Shown: in pieces, positions 36,294 to 47,600 of the stretch
How the letters are laid out: every line of letters begins with the position of its first letter
Numbering within the stretch: position 1 is the stretch's first letter
Source of the DNA: a virus
Virus record (IMG/VR): IMGVR_UViG_3300035698_008781
Location: 14,806-78,805 of that record
Length of the DNA stretch: 64,000 bases
Reading direction: 5' to 3' (one strand)
Notes under the pieces: generated by a model
Seen by the model: the letters and a program-made list of their open reading frames with translations, nothing else
Told to the model about the DNA's origin: nothing
Database searches by the model: none
Translations under genes and position numbers: made by a program

Positions 36294-37802
36294 ATGGCAA
36301 CAGTGAAAGTCACTACTTTAAATGGTGAAGTAATTTTAAAAAAAAATGCTAGAAAAATAAAAGGCATTAATGGGGAGTTTAATTATTACAAAATAGGTAA
36401 TTTAAGCCAACGTAATTCAGGAGACTGTTATCAAATTAACAATATTTATTATACTGTTGAAAAAGGAAGAATAGAATGGGATCATCATGAACAAATATAC
36501 CAATTGAAATCTAGATTACAAAAAGGTATAGTTGATGAAGAATATAATGTAGGTTACTTTAGTAAAGAAATAAAAGCTATAAAAATATATTCTAAAGCTG
36601 AATTACCAATACTATATATTAATGAATCAATTATTAATAAAAATATTTATATTAAAGTTGGAGAAGATTATTATGATAAATCCATAGTTGATTATAAAAA
36701 AATATTTCCTAGAAAACAAATTTCAAGAGAAGAAAAGAATGAGTTAGAATATAATTTTAAAAATTATTTACCACAAGGTATTGCAAATTATAATAAAAAT
36801 TATAGTGTTACACAAAAAGATTCTTTTATTGAAAAAGTATATTCTTTAAATTCAACATTAATTAATAAATTTACATTTGGTGTTGAATTAGAAACAACTT
36901 CTGGTATGATACCTAAAGAAGTTTATGAAAGATTAGGAGTATTACCTGTAAAAGATGGTTCAATTTCAGGTTTGGAATTTGTAAGTATTCCATTATCTGG
37001 TTTAAAAGGATTATATACATTAAAAGAAATTATTGAGGCTGTAAATATGTATACAGATCATGATTACACTTGTTCTATGCATATACATGTTGGTGGTAAA
37101 GGTGTACCAAGAACTGAAGAATTTATAGTTGCTATGTTTAAAATGGGATTCTTTATTCAAAAAGATTTCTATAGAATGTTTCCAGGCTATAAAGAAATTC
37201 ACGATGGTACTAAAAGACAATGTTATACATCACCTTTAGATTCTGATTTATTATCTAAATTAGAGTATCTTAATGATACACCTAATAAATTATCTAAATC
37301 TTTTAAACACATTGTTCATAGATTAACTAATCACCATGATGCTTTTTCTGTATCAAAGAGGTATTCTATAGCTGATATAAATAGTCATCCTAGTGATCCA
37401 TCAGAAAGAAATAAATGGTACATGAGAGAACGTTATAAATGGTTAAACTTAATACCTTTAATATTTACAAATAAACAAACTATTGAATATAGAATTTTTA
37501 CAGTACCAGATACTGTTAAAAAAGGTTTATTATTTTTATTAAGTAGTTTAGCAGTAACTGATTTTGTAAATACAAACAAAAGTGCTATTTTAGCTGATCC
37601 TGAAGGAGTATATGGATGTAATTTAGAAACAATTTTTTATAGAGCTTTTCCTGTGACAAGTATATTTAATCTATTTACAGATAGGAGAAATTCTGTAGAT
37701 TATATTAAAAAGATGAAAGGTACATTTTTTGAAGAAAAAGATGTTGAATCATATAATAGTTTATTATCTAAAATAAATAGTTTAGATGGAATTAATCTTT
37801 AA
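36294..37802 (+). CDS. putative amidoligase (glutamine-synthetase-like fold)
   Basis: TFGVELE, DGSI, EFVS, CSMHIHVG, RYKWLN, TIEYR. Confidence 0.82.
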   Translation: MATVKVTTLNGEVILKKNARKIKGINGEFNYYKIGNLSQRNSGDCYQINNIYYTVEKGRIEWDHHEQIYQLKSRLQKGIVDEEYNVGYFSKEIKAIKIYSKAELPILYINESIINKNIYIKVGEDYYDKSIVDYKKIFPRKQISREEKNELEYNFKNYLPQGIANYNKNYSVTQKDSFIEKVYSLNSTLINKFTFGVELETTSGMIPKEVYERLGVLPVKDGSISGLEFVSIPLSGLKGLYTLKEIIEAVNMYTDHDYTCSMHIHVGGKGVPRTEEFIVAMFKMGFFIQKDFYRMFPGYKEIHDGTKRQCYTSPLDSDLLSKLEYLNDTPNKLSKSFKHIVHRLTNHHDAFSVSKRYSIADINSHPSDPSERNKWYMRERYKWLNLIPLIFTNKQTIEYRIFTVPDTVKKGLLFLLSSLAVTDFVNTNKSAILADPEGVYGCNLETIFYRAFPVTSIFNLFTDRRNSVDYIKKMKGTFFEEKDVESYNSLLSKINSLDGINL

Positions 37803-38454
37803 AACATGGTTTAATCCACTTAAAGATATTCTATATAGTAATTATTTTAATACACTAATTAAACTATTAGATACACAATATGGTTTATCTAGATTTGCAT
37901 TTAATAAAATAAAGATATATCCAGAAAAAAATAAAGTATTTAATTGCTTTAATTGTGATTTTAATAGTTTAAAGTTAGTAATTATTGGAAGCAAACCTTT
38001 TGAAGAATATTCAGAAGGTTTAGCTTTTGATAGTACTGATTCTAAAATAAGATTATATCCTATTTCTGAATTATTTAGAAAAACTATAGAAGATCAATTT
38101 TATGATGGTTTTAATCTAGATCACGACTGCACTCTTGAATATTTAGTTAAGCAAGATGTATTACTCTTAAATGAAAGTTTAACAGTACAAACAAATAAGT
38201 CAAATATTGATGATTGGAGAGAGTTTATAACATTTGTTATAAATAAAATTCAAGAACGTCATACAGGTATAATATTTTATATTAATGAAAATAGTAAATT
38301 GAAGAATATTATAAATGTTAATACTCAATATTTATTAACTTATAAAGACCCTTTACAATTTGTAAATAAACCTCAAGAATGGGATTTAGATTTACATGCT
38401 GTAAATAACATTATTAGAAATAATAATGGAGAAGAATATATAATTAAATTTTAA
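37786..38454 (+). CDS. uracil-DNA glycosylase-like protein with degenerate active site
   Basis: IYPEKNKVF, KLVIIG, GLAF, QDVLLLNESLTV, W..F match family 1 UNG; GQDPY appears as GSKPF. Confidence 0.7.
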   Translation: MELIFKTWFNPLKDILYSNYFNTLIKLLDTQYGLSRFAFNKIKIYPEKNKVFNCFNCDFNSLKLVIIGSKPFEEYSEGLAFDSTDSKIRLYPISELFRKTIEDQFYDGFNLDHDCTLEYLVKQDVLLLNESLTVQTNKSNIDDWREFITFVINKIQERHTGIIFYINENSKLKNIINVNTQYLLTYKDPLQFVNKPQEWDLDLHAVNNIIRNNNGEEYIIKF

Positions 38455-38526
38455 AAATATGATAGCAATTTTATTAGGTTTATTATCAGGTATGTTTTTA
38501 TATTTATGGTCAAATGAAGAATAAAT

Positions 38527-38922
38527 ATGGCAAATAGAAATAGAAACGCAGGAAATCAATATGAAAGAGATATTGTAAATGAATTAAAAGAATTAGGGTT
38601 TGATACAGTAGTTACTTCACGATCAGAATCACGTAATATGGATAATGCAAAAGTTGATATATTTGATCCTGAAGGTAACTTTCCTTACTTTATACAAAAT
38701 AAAGTATTAAAAAGTTATCCTAATTTAAATGAATTAATACATGGTGAGGATGTTCATAAAAAACTACCTTTACTTGTATTCCATAAAAAAGTCATAAAGA
38801 AAAACACAAGATTTTTTACAGAAGGAGAGTTTGTGAGTATGGACAAGCAAACATTTTATGATTTATTAATACAAGCCTATGGAATTAACGAAGATGAACA
38901 ACTTAGCCAAGACATGCTTTAA
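38527..38922 (+). CDS. Holliday junction resolvase-like PD-(D/E)XK nuclease
   Basis: GNQYERDIVNEL, VDI, IQNK. Confidence 0.7.
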   Translation: MANRNRNAGNQYERDIVNELKELGFDTVVTSRSESRNMDNAKVDIFDPEGNFPYFIQNKVLKSYPNLNELIHGEDVHKKLPLLVFHKKVIKKNTRFFTEGEFVSMDKQTFYDLLIQAYGINEDEQLSQDML

Positions 38923-39148
38923 TCAAAAAGATTATAGCTGTTTTATGGCAAAAGTTAATAACCAACAATTAAACGGTGCAAGGTTATTTGTTGAAGAAAA
39001 ATTGGATGAAGTTATATTTAGTAATAAACTTCAATCTATTGCACATAAACAACAACAATATGTTAATTTAAAAAAATTAGATAATATTGTTACAAATGAA
39101 TATATAAATCAAATTGACACATATGGAGCAAAGACAATTAGTAAGTAA
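38879..39148 (+). CDS. hypothetical protein
   Basis: 89-aa ORF. Confidence 0.55.
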   Translation: MELTKMNNLAKTCFNQKDYSCFMAKVNNQQLNGARLFVEEKLDEVIFSNKLQSIAHKQQQYVNLKKLDNIVTNEYINQIDTYGAKTISK

Positions 39149-40121
39149 TAATATAAGTTATTCATTATTAAAGTCTTTTGATGAAAATGGACCCAAAGTA
39201 CTAGTAGAAACTAAAAAAGTATATACTAAATCACTAGACTATGGTTCTAAAGTTGATGATTTTATTACAATGACAAAAGAAGAGTTTAATAATAACTATT
39301 TAGTTGTACAAAATGTTGAATCAGGAGATTTGTTTAAATTAGCTGAATTTGTTGTAAAAGCAAATATTAATTTAAAAGAAATTAATGATAAAATATTAGA
39401 TAAAATATGTCAAATAAGTGTTGATAATGAATTATTCAAAAGAATAAAATTAAAAGAATCTAGGATAAAGAAATTTAATGTACAATCATTTTATGATGTT
39501 TGTGATTTAATTGTTGCAAATCCTGGTAAAACATTTATAGAACCACATGAATATAGTAAATTACTTCAAGCAAAATCTTCTTTATATAATCATAAGTCAA
39601 CTAGAAACTATTTTAATATTTTTGGTAATGTCGAGGAATTACATCAAGTGGTTTTAAATTATGAGTATAAAGAAAAGAATGTTAAATGTGTATTAGATAA
39701 ATTAATAATCAATCATGATGTAAAAACAATTCAAGGTATTGATTTAAAAACAGGTTCTCCAGATACAATGGAGTTTATGCATAATTTTTTCAAATATAAA
39801 TATTATTTTCAAGGTGCATTATATCAAAATGGAATATTCCAACAATTTGAACATATATACCCTGATTATGAAGTTTTACCTTTTAAATATATATATTTAC
39901 CTACTTTTAATATTAATAATCCTAAAACATTTATATTAACAAATAAATGGATTAATGCAGCTTGGGATGGTTTTACAACTAAATCAGGTTATAGATATAG
40001 AGGTATAAGTGAATTAGTTGATGAAATTAAATGGCATATTAAAAATCAAGTTTTTAATGAAACTAGAGAGTTTTACAATAATTTAGAAATTGAATTGAAT
40101 GATGATTTTATAAATTTATAA
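39114..40121 (+). CDS. PD-(D/E)XK exonuclease (RecE/ExoVIII-like)
   Basis: SYSLLK, GS, KCVLDKL, IDLKT, YYFQGALY. Confidence 0.75.
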   Translation: MTHMEQRQLVSNNISYSLLKSFDENGPKVLVETKKVYTKSLDYGSKVDDFITMTKEEFNNNYLVVQNVESGDLFKLAEFVVKANINLKEINDKILDKICQISVDNELFKRIKLKESRIKKFNVQSFYDVCDLIVANPGKTFIEPHEYSKLLQAKSSLYNHKSTRNYFNIFGNVEELHQVVLNYEYKEKNVKCVLDKLIINHDVKTIQGIDLKTGSPDTMEFMHNFFKYKYYFQGALYQNGIFQQFEHIYPDYEVLPFKYIYLPTFNINNPKTFILTNKWINAAWDGFTTKSGYRYRGISELVDEIKWHIKNQVFNETREFYNNLEIELNDDFINL

Positions 40122-40124
40122 TAG

Positions 40125-40697
40125 ATGGAGATGAAAGAAAGGATAAATGTAGATATGACTCCAAATAGATCAAAAAGATATCTTTTACCTTTATTGTCAG
40201 AATTTGTTAATTTTGATAATTCAGTAACAGATGCTTTAATAAATAGTTATATATTTGATAAAGATGATACACATAAAAATTGTATATATTTATTATTTGA
40301 ATATGACTTAAAAAATCCTAAATTTACAAAATTTGAAAGTGAATTAAGTAAAATGAAAGGTTATATAACACATTATGATTTAGAAAATAATATGGTGTTA
40401 TATGTAATAAAGTTTCCTAAAGAATACATGGCTGAATATAATCATTATAAAAATGGTAAATATTCATTATTTGATATTGACGCTCAAGAAGTAATATTTA
40501 ATTTTTTACAAATACAAGGAGTTAGTAATAAATTCATTGTAAATTTGGAAAGAATATTTGAAAAAAATAGTATATTAAAAGCTCAAATTGAAAAAGCATT
40601 AGGTGTAACTTTAGATGATAATTCAGAACTTGAAGAAATTATGGATCAATCAAATGAAACTATAAATATTAAAAAATATATTAACAATTATATATGA
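40125..40697 (+). CDS. hypothetical phage protein
   Basis: 190 aa, YLLPLL and GKYS motifs. Confidence 0.7.
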   Translation: MEMKERINVDMTPNRSKRYLLPLLSEFVNFDNSVTDALINSYIFDKDDTHKNCIYLLFEYDLKNPKFTKFESELSKMKGYITHYDLENNMVLYVIKFPKEYMAEYNHYKNGKYSLFDIDAQEVIFNFLQIQGVSNKFIVNLERIFEKNSILKAQIEKALGVTLDDNSELEEIMDQSNETINIKKYINNYI

Positions 40698-41128
40698 AAT
40701 TAAAATATAAAAAATTAGATAAAAAAGCAGTAAAACCCATGTATGCTAAAGAGGGTGATGCGGGGTTAGATCTTGTAGCAACTAAAATAGCAAAAAGCGA
40801 TATGTTTTCAGTATGGTATAATACAGATATTGCCGTAGAGATACCTAAAGGTCACTTTGGAATGTTAGTTCCTAGAAGCTCTATTTCTAATGATGGTGCA
40901 TTATCAATGGCTAATAATATTGGTATTATTGATGCAGGTTTTAGAGGTGGAATGCAAGTACGTTTTAATAGAACATTAAAAGGTATTTTTACAAGAAAAC
41001 AATATAACGTTGAAGATAGAATTGCCCAATTAATTATAGTACCTTTTAAAGTTGCTGAATTAGAAGAAGCTATCTTTTTATCTAAAACACAAAGAGGAAA
41101 ACTTGGACATGGTAGCACAGGAAAATAA
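40694..41128 (+). CDS. dut: trimeric dUTPase
   Basis: GDAGLDL, PRSS, GIIDAGFRG, RIAQL, RGKLGHGSTG. Confidence 0.95.
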   Translation: MKLKYKKLDKKAVKPMYAKEGDAGLDLVATKIAKSDMFSVWYNTDIAVEIPKGHFGMLVPRSSISNDGALSMANNIGIIDAGFRGGMQVRFNRTLKGIFTRKQYNVEDRIAQLIIVPFKVAELEEAIFLSKTQRGKLGHGSTGK

Positions 41129-41140
41129 AAATACATAATT

Positions 41141-42328
41141 ATGGATGACATTGGTAAAATAGGTAAACTATTAATGATGAAAGAACCCTTTTATGGATTT
41201 TTTCTCTTAAACTTATACAAAAAGTTTAGCAATAGTTTACCTACCGCTGGTGTTGGAAAGCAAGGTATTAATCAAATGCTTTATATTAATCCTGAATTTT
41301 GGGGGAGTTTATCAGATAATCACAAGTTAGGTTTGTTAAAACATGAATTACTACATATTTGTTTTTTTCATTTAACAACTAGAAGTCATTATGCTGATCC
41401 AAAATTATTTAATATAGCAGCAGATTTAGAAATAAATCAATATATTGATTCAACATGGTTACCTGAAGGAGGTATAACTATGGCTACATTTCCAACACTA
41501 ACATTACCAGCAAAAGCTGGTACAAAATATTATTATGATGAATTATTGAAAAATAGTAAATCTGATAATCCTGATAAAAATTTACAAAGTTTAATGCAAG
41601 GTCAAGGTGAACTTCATGAAGGTGATGGTTCAGGTCAAGGTGATATGCATGGTACTTGGAAAGAATTTGAAAACTTATCTGAAGCTGAAAAAAAACTTAT
41701 ACAAAATCAAACTGAACACATATTAAAAGAATCAGCAATTGTAACTAATAAATCAAGAGGTACTATACCTGGTGAATTAAAAGTAAAAATTGATGAATTG
41801 TTTGAAGTTAAAGAGGAAGTTTTTAATTGGAAAGCTTATTTAAGAAGACAAGTTGGTTCATCATCAGAAGTTTATACTAAAAAATCAAGACGAAAATTAT
41901 CTAAACGTTTTGAAGATAATGCAGGTATAAAAATTAAAATGAAGCATCATATTCTAGTAGCAGTAGATACATCTGGTTCAGTAAGTAATGGAGAGTTAAT
42001 GGAATTCTTTAGTGAAATACATCACATTTACAAAGCAGGTACTAAAGTTACTATTATAGAATGTGACACAAAGATAAATGATATTTACCCTTATAATGGT
42101 AAATTTAAAGGTTCAGTAAAAGGAAGAGGTGGTACAGATTTTACACCACCTATTGAATATTACAATGAACATAAATCAAAATTTACATCATTAGTATTTT
42201 TTACTGATGGTTACGCACCAATTGATTGTAAACCCATGAAAAAAATGTTATGGGTTATATCATCAAATGGTACAGAGGAAAAAGGATTTCCAGGATATAT
42301 AATAAAAATACCAAAAACAAATGAATAG
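41141..42328 (+). CDS. DUF2201-type metallopeptidase-VWA protein
   Basis: HELLH, NIAADLEIN, VDTSGS, GRGGTDF, FTDG. Confidence 0.88.
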   Translation: MDDIGKIGKLLMMKEPFYGFFLLNLYKKFSNSLPTAGVGKQGINQMLYINPEFWGSLSDNHKLGLLKHELLHICFFHLTTRSHYADPKLFNIAADLEINQYIDSTWLPEGGITMATFPTLTLPAKAGTKYYYDELLKNSKSDNPDKNLQSLMQGQGELHEGDGSGQGDMHGTWKEFENLSEAEKKLIQNQTEHILKESAIVTNKSRGTIPGELKVKIDELFEVKEEVFNWKAYLRRQVGSSSEVYTKKSRRKLSKRFEDNAGIKIKMKHHILVAVDTSGSVSNGELMEFFSEIHHIYKAGTKVTIIECDTKINDIYPYNGKFKGSVKGRGGTDFTPPIEYYNEHKSKFTSLVFFTDGYAPIDCKPMKKMLWVISSNGTEEKGFPGYIIKIPKTNE

Positions 42329-43544
42329 TTTAAATATTACAGAATTAAAAAGTATTGTTAGTTATATTATTGATAATAACAACGTCTTAGAACAAGAAGA
42401 TAAAAAAAGAACTGCTATTGAAGTAGTAGGTGAATCAGGTATTGGTAAAACAAGTGCTGTGATTCAAATAGCTCAAGAAAGAGAAATGGATATTGTTAAG
42501 TTAAACTTAGCTCAAATTGAAGAGTTAGGTGATTTAATTGGATATCCATTAAAAGAATTTCATATTTGTGCACCTGATGGTAAATGTATATGGGTTTCTG
42601 ATAATTTATTAGAACATTACTTTAAATTAGGATACACTATTATTGAAAATGCAGATGCAAGAATGTCATATGCACCACCTGCATGGTTACCTAAAACTAT
42701 TAATCCTAATGGAGGTGTTTTAATATTAGATGACTGGAATAGAGCTGATCAAAGATTTATTCAAGCTGTAATGGAATTATTAGATAGAGGTCAATATATT
42801 TCTTGGGCACTTCCTCCTAATTGGACTATCTGTTTAACAGCAAATCCTGAAAATGGAGATTATAATGTATCTTCTATTGATAATGCTCAAAGAACTAGAT
42901 TTATTAGTTTTGATTTAGAGTTTGATAGAGAGGTATGGGCTAGATGGGCTGAAACAGAAAACATTGATGGTAGATGTATTAATTTTGTGTTAATGTATCC
43001 CGAAGTGTTGAAAAAAGAAGGTTCAGTTCAAACAGTTAATGCTAGAAGTTTAGTTACATTTTTTAATACTATTTCTGGAATTAAAGATTTTAATAGTTCA
43101 GAAGGATTATATAAAATTATGTTAATTTCTAAAGGGTGCTTCTCATCAAAAGAAAACGTAGTGGGTAATTTATTTACAATGTTTATTAATAATAGACTTG
43201 ATAAATTAATTCAACCTGATGAAATGTTATTTGGTGATTGGAAAACTATATCTAAAGAAATTAATGATTATGTTTATTCAGGTGAAAATAATACTTATAG
43301 AGCTGATATTGGTTCTACTATTACAACTAGATTTATTAATTTTGTAGAACACTATTTTGATGCAGATAAAAATGCTGAAACTAAAGTAGTAGTTGATAGA
43401 ATTATTGATATTGTTGAAAATGACAAAATGTTATTAGCAGAAGATTTAATTTTTAGTATGATTAGAAATATAGTAGGTAAATATCCTACTAGAACTAATA
43501 AGTTATTAATGAATCCTAAAATTATGAAAAAAATTGTAGGATAA
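42321..43544 (+). CDS. MoxR-like AAA+ ATPase
   Basis: GESGIGKT, LILDDWNR, TANP, AQRTRF. Confidence 0.85.
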   Translation: MNSLNITELKSIVSYIIDNNNVLEQEDKKRTAIEVVGESGIGKTSAVIQIAQEREMDIVKLNLAQIEELGDLIGYPLKEFHICAPDGKCIWVSDNLLEHYFKLGYTIIENADARMSYAPPAWLPKTINPNGGVLILDDWNRADQRFIQAVMELLDRGQYISWALPPNWTICLTANPENGDYNVSSIDNAQRTRFISFDLEFDREVWARWAETENIDGRCINFVLMYPEVLKKEGSVQTVNARSLVTFFNTISGIKDFNSSEGLYKIMLISKGCFSSKENVVGNLFTMFINNRLDKLIQPDEMLFGDWKTISKEINDYVYSGENNTYRADIGSTITTRFINFVEHYFDADKNAETKVVVDRIIDIVENDKMLLAEDLIFSMIRNIVGKYPTRTNKLLMNPKIMKKIVG

Positions 43545-43556
43545 TAAAAAAAGAAA

Positions 43557-44630
43557 ATGATGATGAAGATGTGGAATAGTTTTGATACATTTAGTATCAA
43601 TAAGAATTATAATGGAGGGCAAATTAATGGTGATAGTTTTTATGTATCAGAAAATAAATATGGTTATAAAAATGGAGCCATTTTAAATGATGATGCATTA
43701 AAAGATTTTAAAACCAATTATAATAATATATTTACAACTACATCTACAGTTAAATCTGACGATGTAGTTTACTTTTTTAAAGAGAGTTCTTATCCTCGTT
43801 TTAAATTTAGTAATAATTGTGAAAATAAAAAGACAATACAAGTAGATAAAGCTACTAAAATTGTAACACCTAAATTAGATATATTTAATGATACACGTTA
43901 TTCTAAAAAATGTGATGTTATATTATGTACATTAACAAATAGAACGTTTGACCCAAGTAATGCTGTTTATTATACCGTTGACTTGGAAAAAGTTTATAAA
44001 ACGGGCGATGATATGATGAATTGTATTAAATTATTACAAGAAAAGTTTTTTATACAAGGAAATAATTATTCTATTGTAAATATTGAATATCTTAATTCTT
44101 ATATGACAGGTTGTAAAGATGTTCGTAAATTTATAAAAACTATTGAAGAAAATATTGATAAATGTATATCAGAAGAAAGTCTAGATACTTATTTAAGTAC
44201 AGATTCTCCTGAATTAACAGAAGAAATGTATCATTCAATAGATACTATGTTGAAATCTAATGATAAAGGAACTGTAGAATTAGGTATTAAAATGCTAAAT
44301 AATTTTGGTATTAATAAAAATTCTTTAAATTTAGGAATGTTAATTAGAAATAATGCTCAACAAATCACTAATAATAAAGCGAGAAATACCGTAGGATTTA
44401 AAAATATATTAGATACATTAAGTATAGGTCCTGTACATTATATTATAGGTTCTGATAGCTTAAATTATTTAAGAACGTTATATAATGCATCAACAGATGA
44501 TGTTAATAAAGAACATATTGAAAAGATATATAAAAAAGAAATATATGTTGAAATTGAAAATTTCTTTAGAAATACAAATCAAACTGATAAATGTAATATA
44601 CCTATTAAATTAGATTTAAATATATTATAA
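43557..44630 (+). CDS. hypothetical protein carrying the L..S.D motif
   Basis: 357 aa; MLKSNDKGTVELGIKML. Confidence 0.7.
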   Translation: MMMKMWNSFDTFSINKNYNGGQINGDSFYVSENKYGYKNGAILNDDALKDFKTNYNNIFTTTSTVKSDDVVYFFKESSYPRFKFSNNCENKKTIQVDKATKIVTPKLDIFNDTRYSKKCDVILCTLTNRTFDPSNAVYYTVDLEKVYKTGDDMMNCIKLLQEKFFIQGNNYSIVNIEYLNSYMTGCKDVRKFIKTIEENIDKCISEESLDTYLSTDSPELTEEMYHSIDTMLKSNDKGTVELGIKMLNNFGINKNSLNLGMLIRNNAQQITNNKARNTVGFKNILDTLSIGPVHYIIGSDSLNYLRTLYNASTDDVNKEHIEKIYKKEIYVEIENFFRNTNQTDKCNIPIKLDLNIL

Positions 44631-44631
44631 T

Positions 44632-44675
44632 AAAAACCCCACACTACTTAATTGTAATGTGGGGTTATTTTTTTT
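44632..44675. terminator. bidirectional terminator between convergent blocks
   Basis: AACCCCACA/TGTGGGGTT stem flanked by A and T runs. Confidence 0.8.
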
Positions 44676-44683
44676 AGACTTTT

Positions 44684-47600
44684 CTAGTTTTTATTAAGGT
44701 AGTTATAAGCTTTTTTAGCATCTTTAAATATTTTACTTCCTGGTATAAATTTAGACATATCTATTGTTTCTTTAGCTAAACCTTCTAATCTATCTTCTTC
44801 AAGTGGATCTACAAGGTTTATAATTGCTGAAACAATGTCACTAGTTTCTTCTAAGAAATTTAATGTACTAATTGGATTTTTAAGTACTCTCCAAGCTTCA
44901 TTAATATCAAAATATTGAGCAGCTTCAGATTGAGTTCTTCTAAATATAGCAGCAGCGTACCATAACATATCATCATCATCTCCTGCAGAAGCTGCAAATA
45001 AAGATGCTAATGTAGCCATTGTCATAATTATTGCTAATTCAGACATTGTTTTTTTAATATTACCTTGTTCCCAAGCATCCATTTCATTCCAATTTTTACG
45101 TATTAAATCAAATTGAAGTTTTTTAATATTAGGTAAAACATGATTTTTCATCCATCTAACTGTAGTAACATAATTACCTTCGTCAGGTCTTTGTAAATCA
45201 TAATTCCATTGTAAATTTACATCTTCATCATTTTTAATATTAGTAGATAAACCTCTCCATCTACTTAATGTAGGTGATATAATATGTTTCTTAAAGTGAA
45301 ATAATGATTTACCATAAAAATATCTTTGTAGTTCAGCTTGATAATCACTATTATATGTACCTTGAGATTTTTGTAATGATGATTGAATATAAGATCTTAC
45401 ACTTGCTTTACCACCTTTATCATATTCAGTAATAGTATTTAAAGTAGTATAAAAAGGTTTTTTAATAGTTACACTCAAATTACCATCTTCTATAGTTGCT
45501 ATATCTAGTAAACTTGCTGATAATTCTTTTGTAGCTACTATATTACCTTCTTTATCTAAATAATTACCATCTTTATCAAGTATTTTAACAGAATCTAATA
45601 TAGTCATTGAATGAACAGCTTGTACATAATGTTCAGCACTTTCTTGAAAGAAGAATAGTGGTTTAGTTCCTGCAAATGCTAATGTTTTATTTTTTTCAAA
45701 ATTATTTTGAAGCATTTGATGAGTGATTATACCACCATAAGATATTAATAATTGATTACCTAATGATTTGTAAACATTTCTACCCATATCATCCATAAAA
45801 CCACCTATATTCTTACTAAAGAATAATTCAGCTTTTTTAACATTAGCTAATCTTAAGTTAGGATCTCTTAATACTTCTAAGAAACTTTGAGATTTACCTG
45901 TAATTAAATTGGCAGGAGCACCTATAGTATTTAATGCCATTGATGCTTGTGATACAATACTTCTTAAAAAGCCTTCTACTTTATTAACATCTTGACCAAA
46001 GATTTGACCAGCATACTCTGTAGTTTTATCATATAGTCTATTATTCAACATTGTATCTAACATTTTAATTAAATATGCATCTTCTTTTGAATATTCAACA
46101 GGAGCATCAGTTTTACTAAACACACTTGTTATAACTCTACTACCAATACCTTTTACTTTTATAAATTTATTTTCTTGAATAACTTCTTTAAACATTAATA
46201 AATCTGTAGCAACAGTATTCTTAACTTTAAATTTTACAGCATTTTGATATTCTAAAGCATATAAAGTAGCTAAATCTATAGATTGATGTTTTTGATCTAT
46301 CTTATTTCTAAAGTGAATTGGGACATATTTAACTTCTTTACCTGATAAATCAGTATACATTTTATAAATGTTATTATTATCAGTTAAATCTCCTAAATCA
46401 GTCTGGTCACTTTGTTGAGTAAAAGTTTCTTTATAGAACTCTTTAGCTGTCTGAACTAAATTACCTAACTTTAATGTACTAAGGGTATCCTTTCTTACTT
46501 TAGGTAATTCATAAAAGTCTGCATATAATATAGTTTTTTTTAGACTTTTCGTTCTAATTTGATATTGTTTATCACTTTCTTTAGCTAAATTTTGTATATA
46601 TTTTAAATAATTACGTTCTTGCTCAGTAAGTTTATATAAATCAGTTTTCCACTTATCAATTGGTACTCTAACTGGATTTAAAGCATCTTGTATATTTAAT
46701 ATTTTAGTATTCTTATTTCTAAATTCAGTATATGCTGTTAAAGAATCTCTATATTCTATAGAGTTAACACCATGTTCTTCTTCAGCTTTACTACGAGCAT
46801 TTTTTAGTGATTTAGCAATATTATAATATTCAATTTTATATTCACCTTTTAAGAAACCTACACCATCTTCAGAAAACTCAACTAAGTTTTTATAAACATT
46901 ATCAGAAGATATTGTTCTTTTACCTTTTAAGAAGTCATTTGTTTCTGATTGTAGACCTAATAATTTAGGTTGTATAATATTCTCGTAAGTATCTTTAATA
47001 CTGTCTAATATTGAAGAAAACATCTGTATAATAGGATGTGAGAAATCTTTTTCAGAGTTCATTAAATAACTAAGTTGAGATATATCTAGAATTGGATTAT
47101 TTAACATTTCTTTAAAATCTTCTTTAGTTTCTTCTGTTATTTTATCTCTATTTTCAGACATCTTTTTATTAACATAAGATTCTATTTCATTTTTAGGAAT
47201 ATTTTTCTTATTAGCTTCAATTCTAAATTCCTGTTTATATCTTAATTCAGTTTCTTTATAACCTTTTAAGAACTTTGAGTTATTTTCTTCCAAATACTTT
47301 TTAGTAGCATCTAATATTTCACCTTTAGCTTTAGACGCTAATGCACCTAAATTTCTAGTTGTTTTTAATGTTTCATTATATTCTTCTTCAGTAATGGAAC
47401 CATTAGCTTTTAATTCATTTAAAGCTTTCTTAATAGAATCTTGAATGCTAATGAAAGCATCTACATAAGCTTTACTTGTATTAAATATTTTAGAATCAAA
47501 GTCTTTTGGGTTTTCAAGCCTCGCATTAACAGAATACAACTGATTTTGCATAAATGTATTAAAAATATCTATAGATTTAAATCTATGTTCATCAGATATA

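Noticed and set aside
11504-43600. Minus-strand ORFs within the plus block (11504, 11861, 16572, 22107, 23986, 26000, 28699, 29524, 34521, 37020, 40852, 43352)
   Set aside because: Antisense shadows of well-supported genes, with no recognisable motifs.
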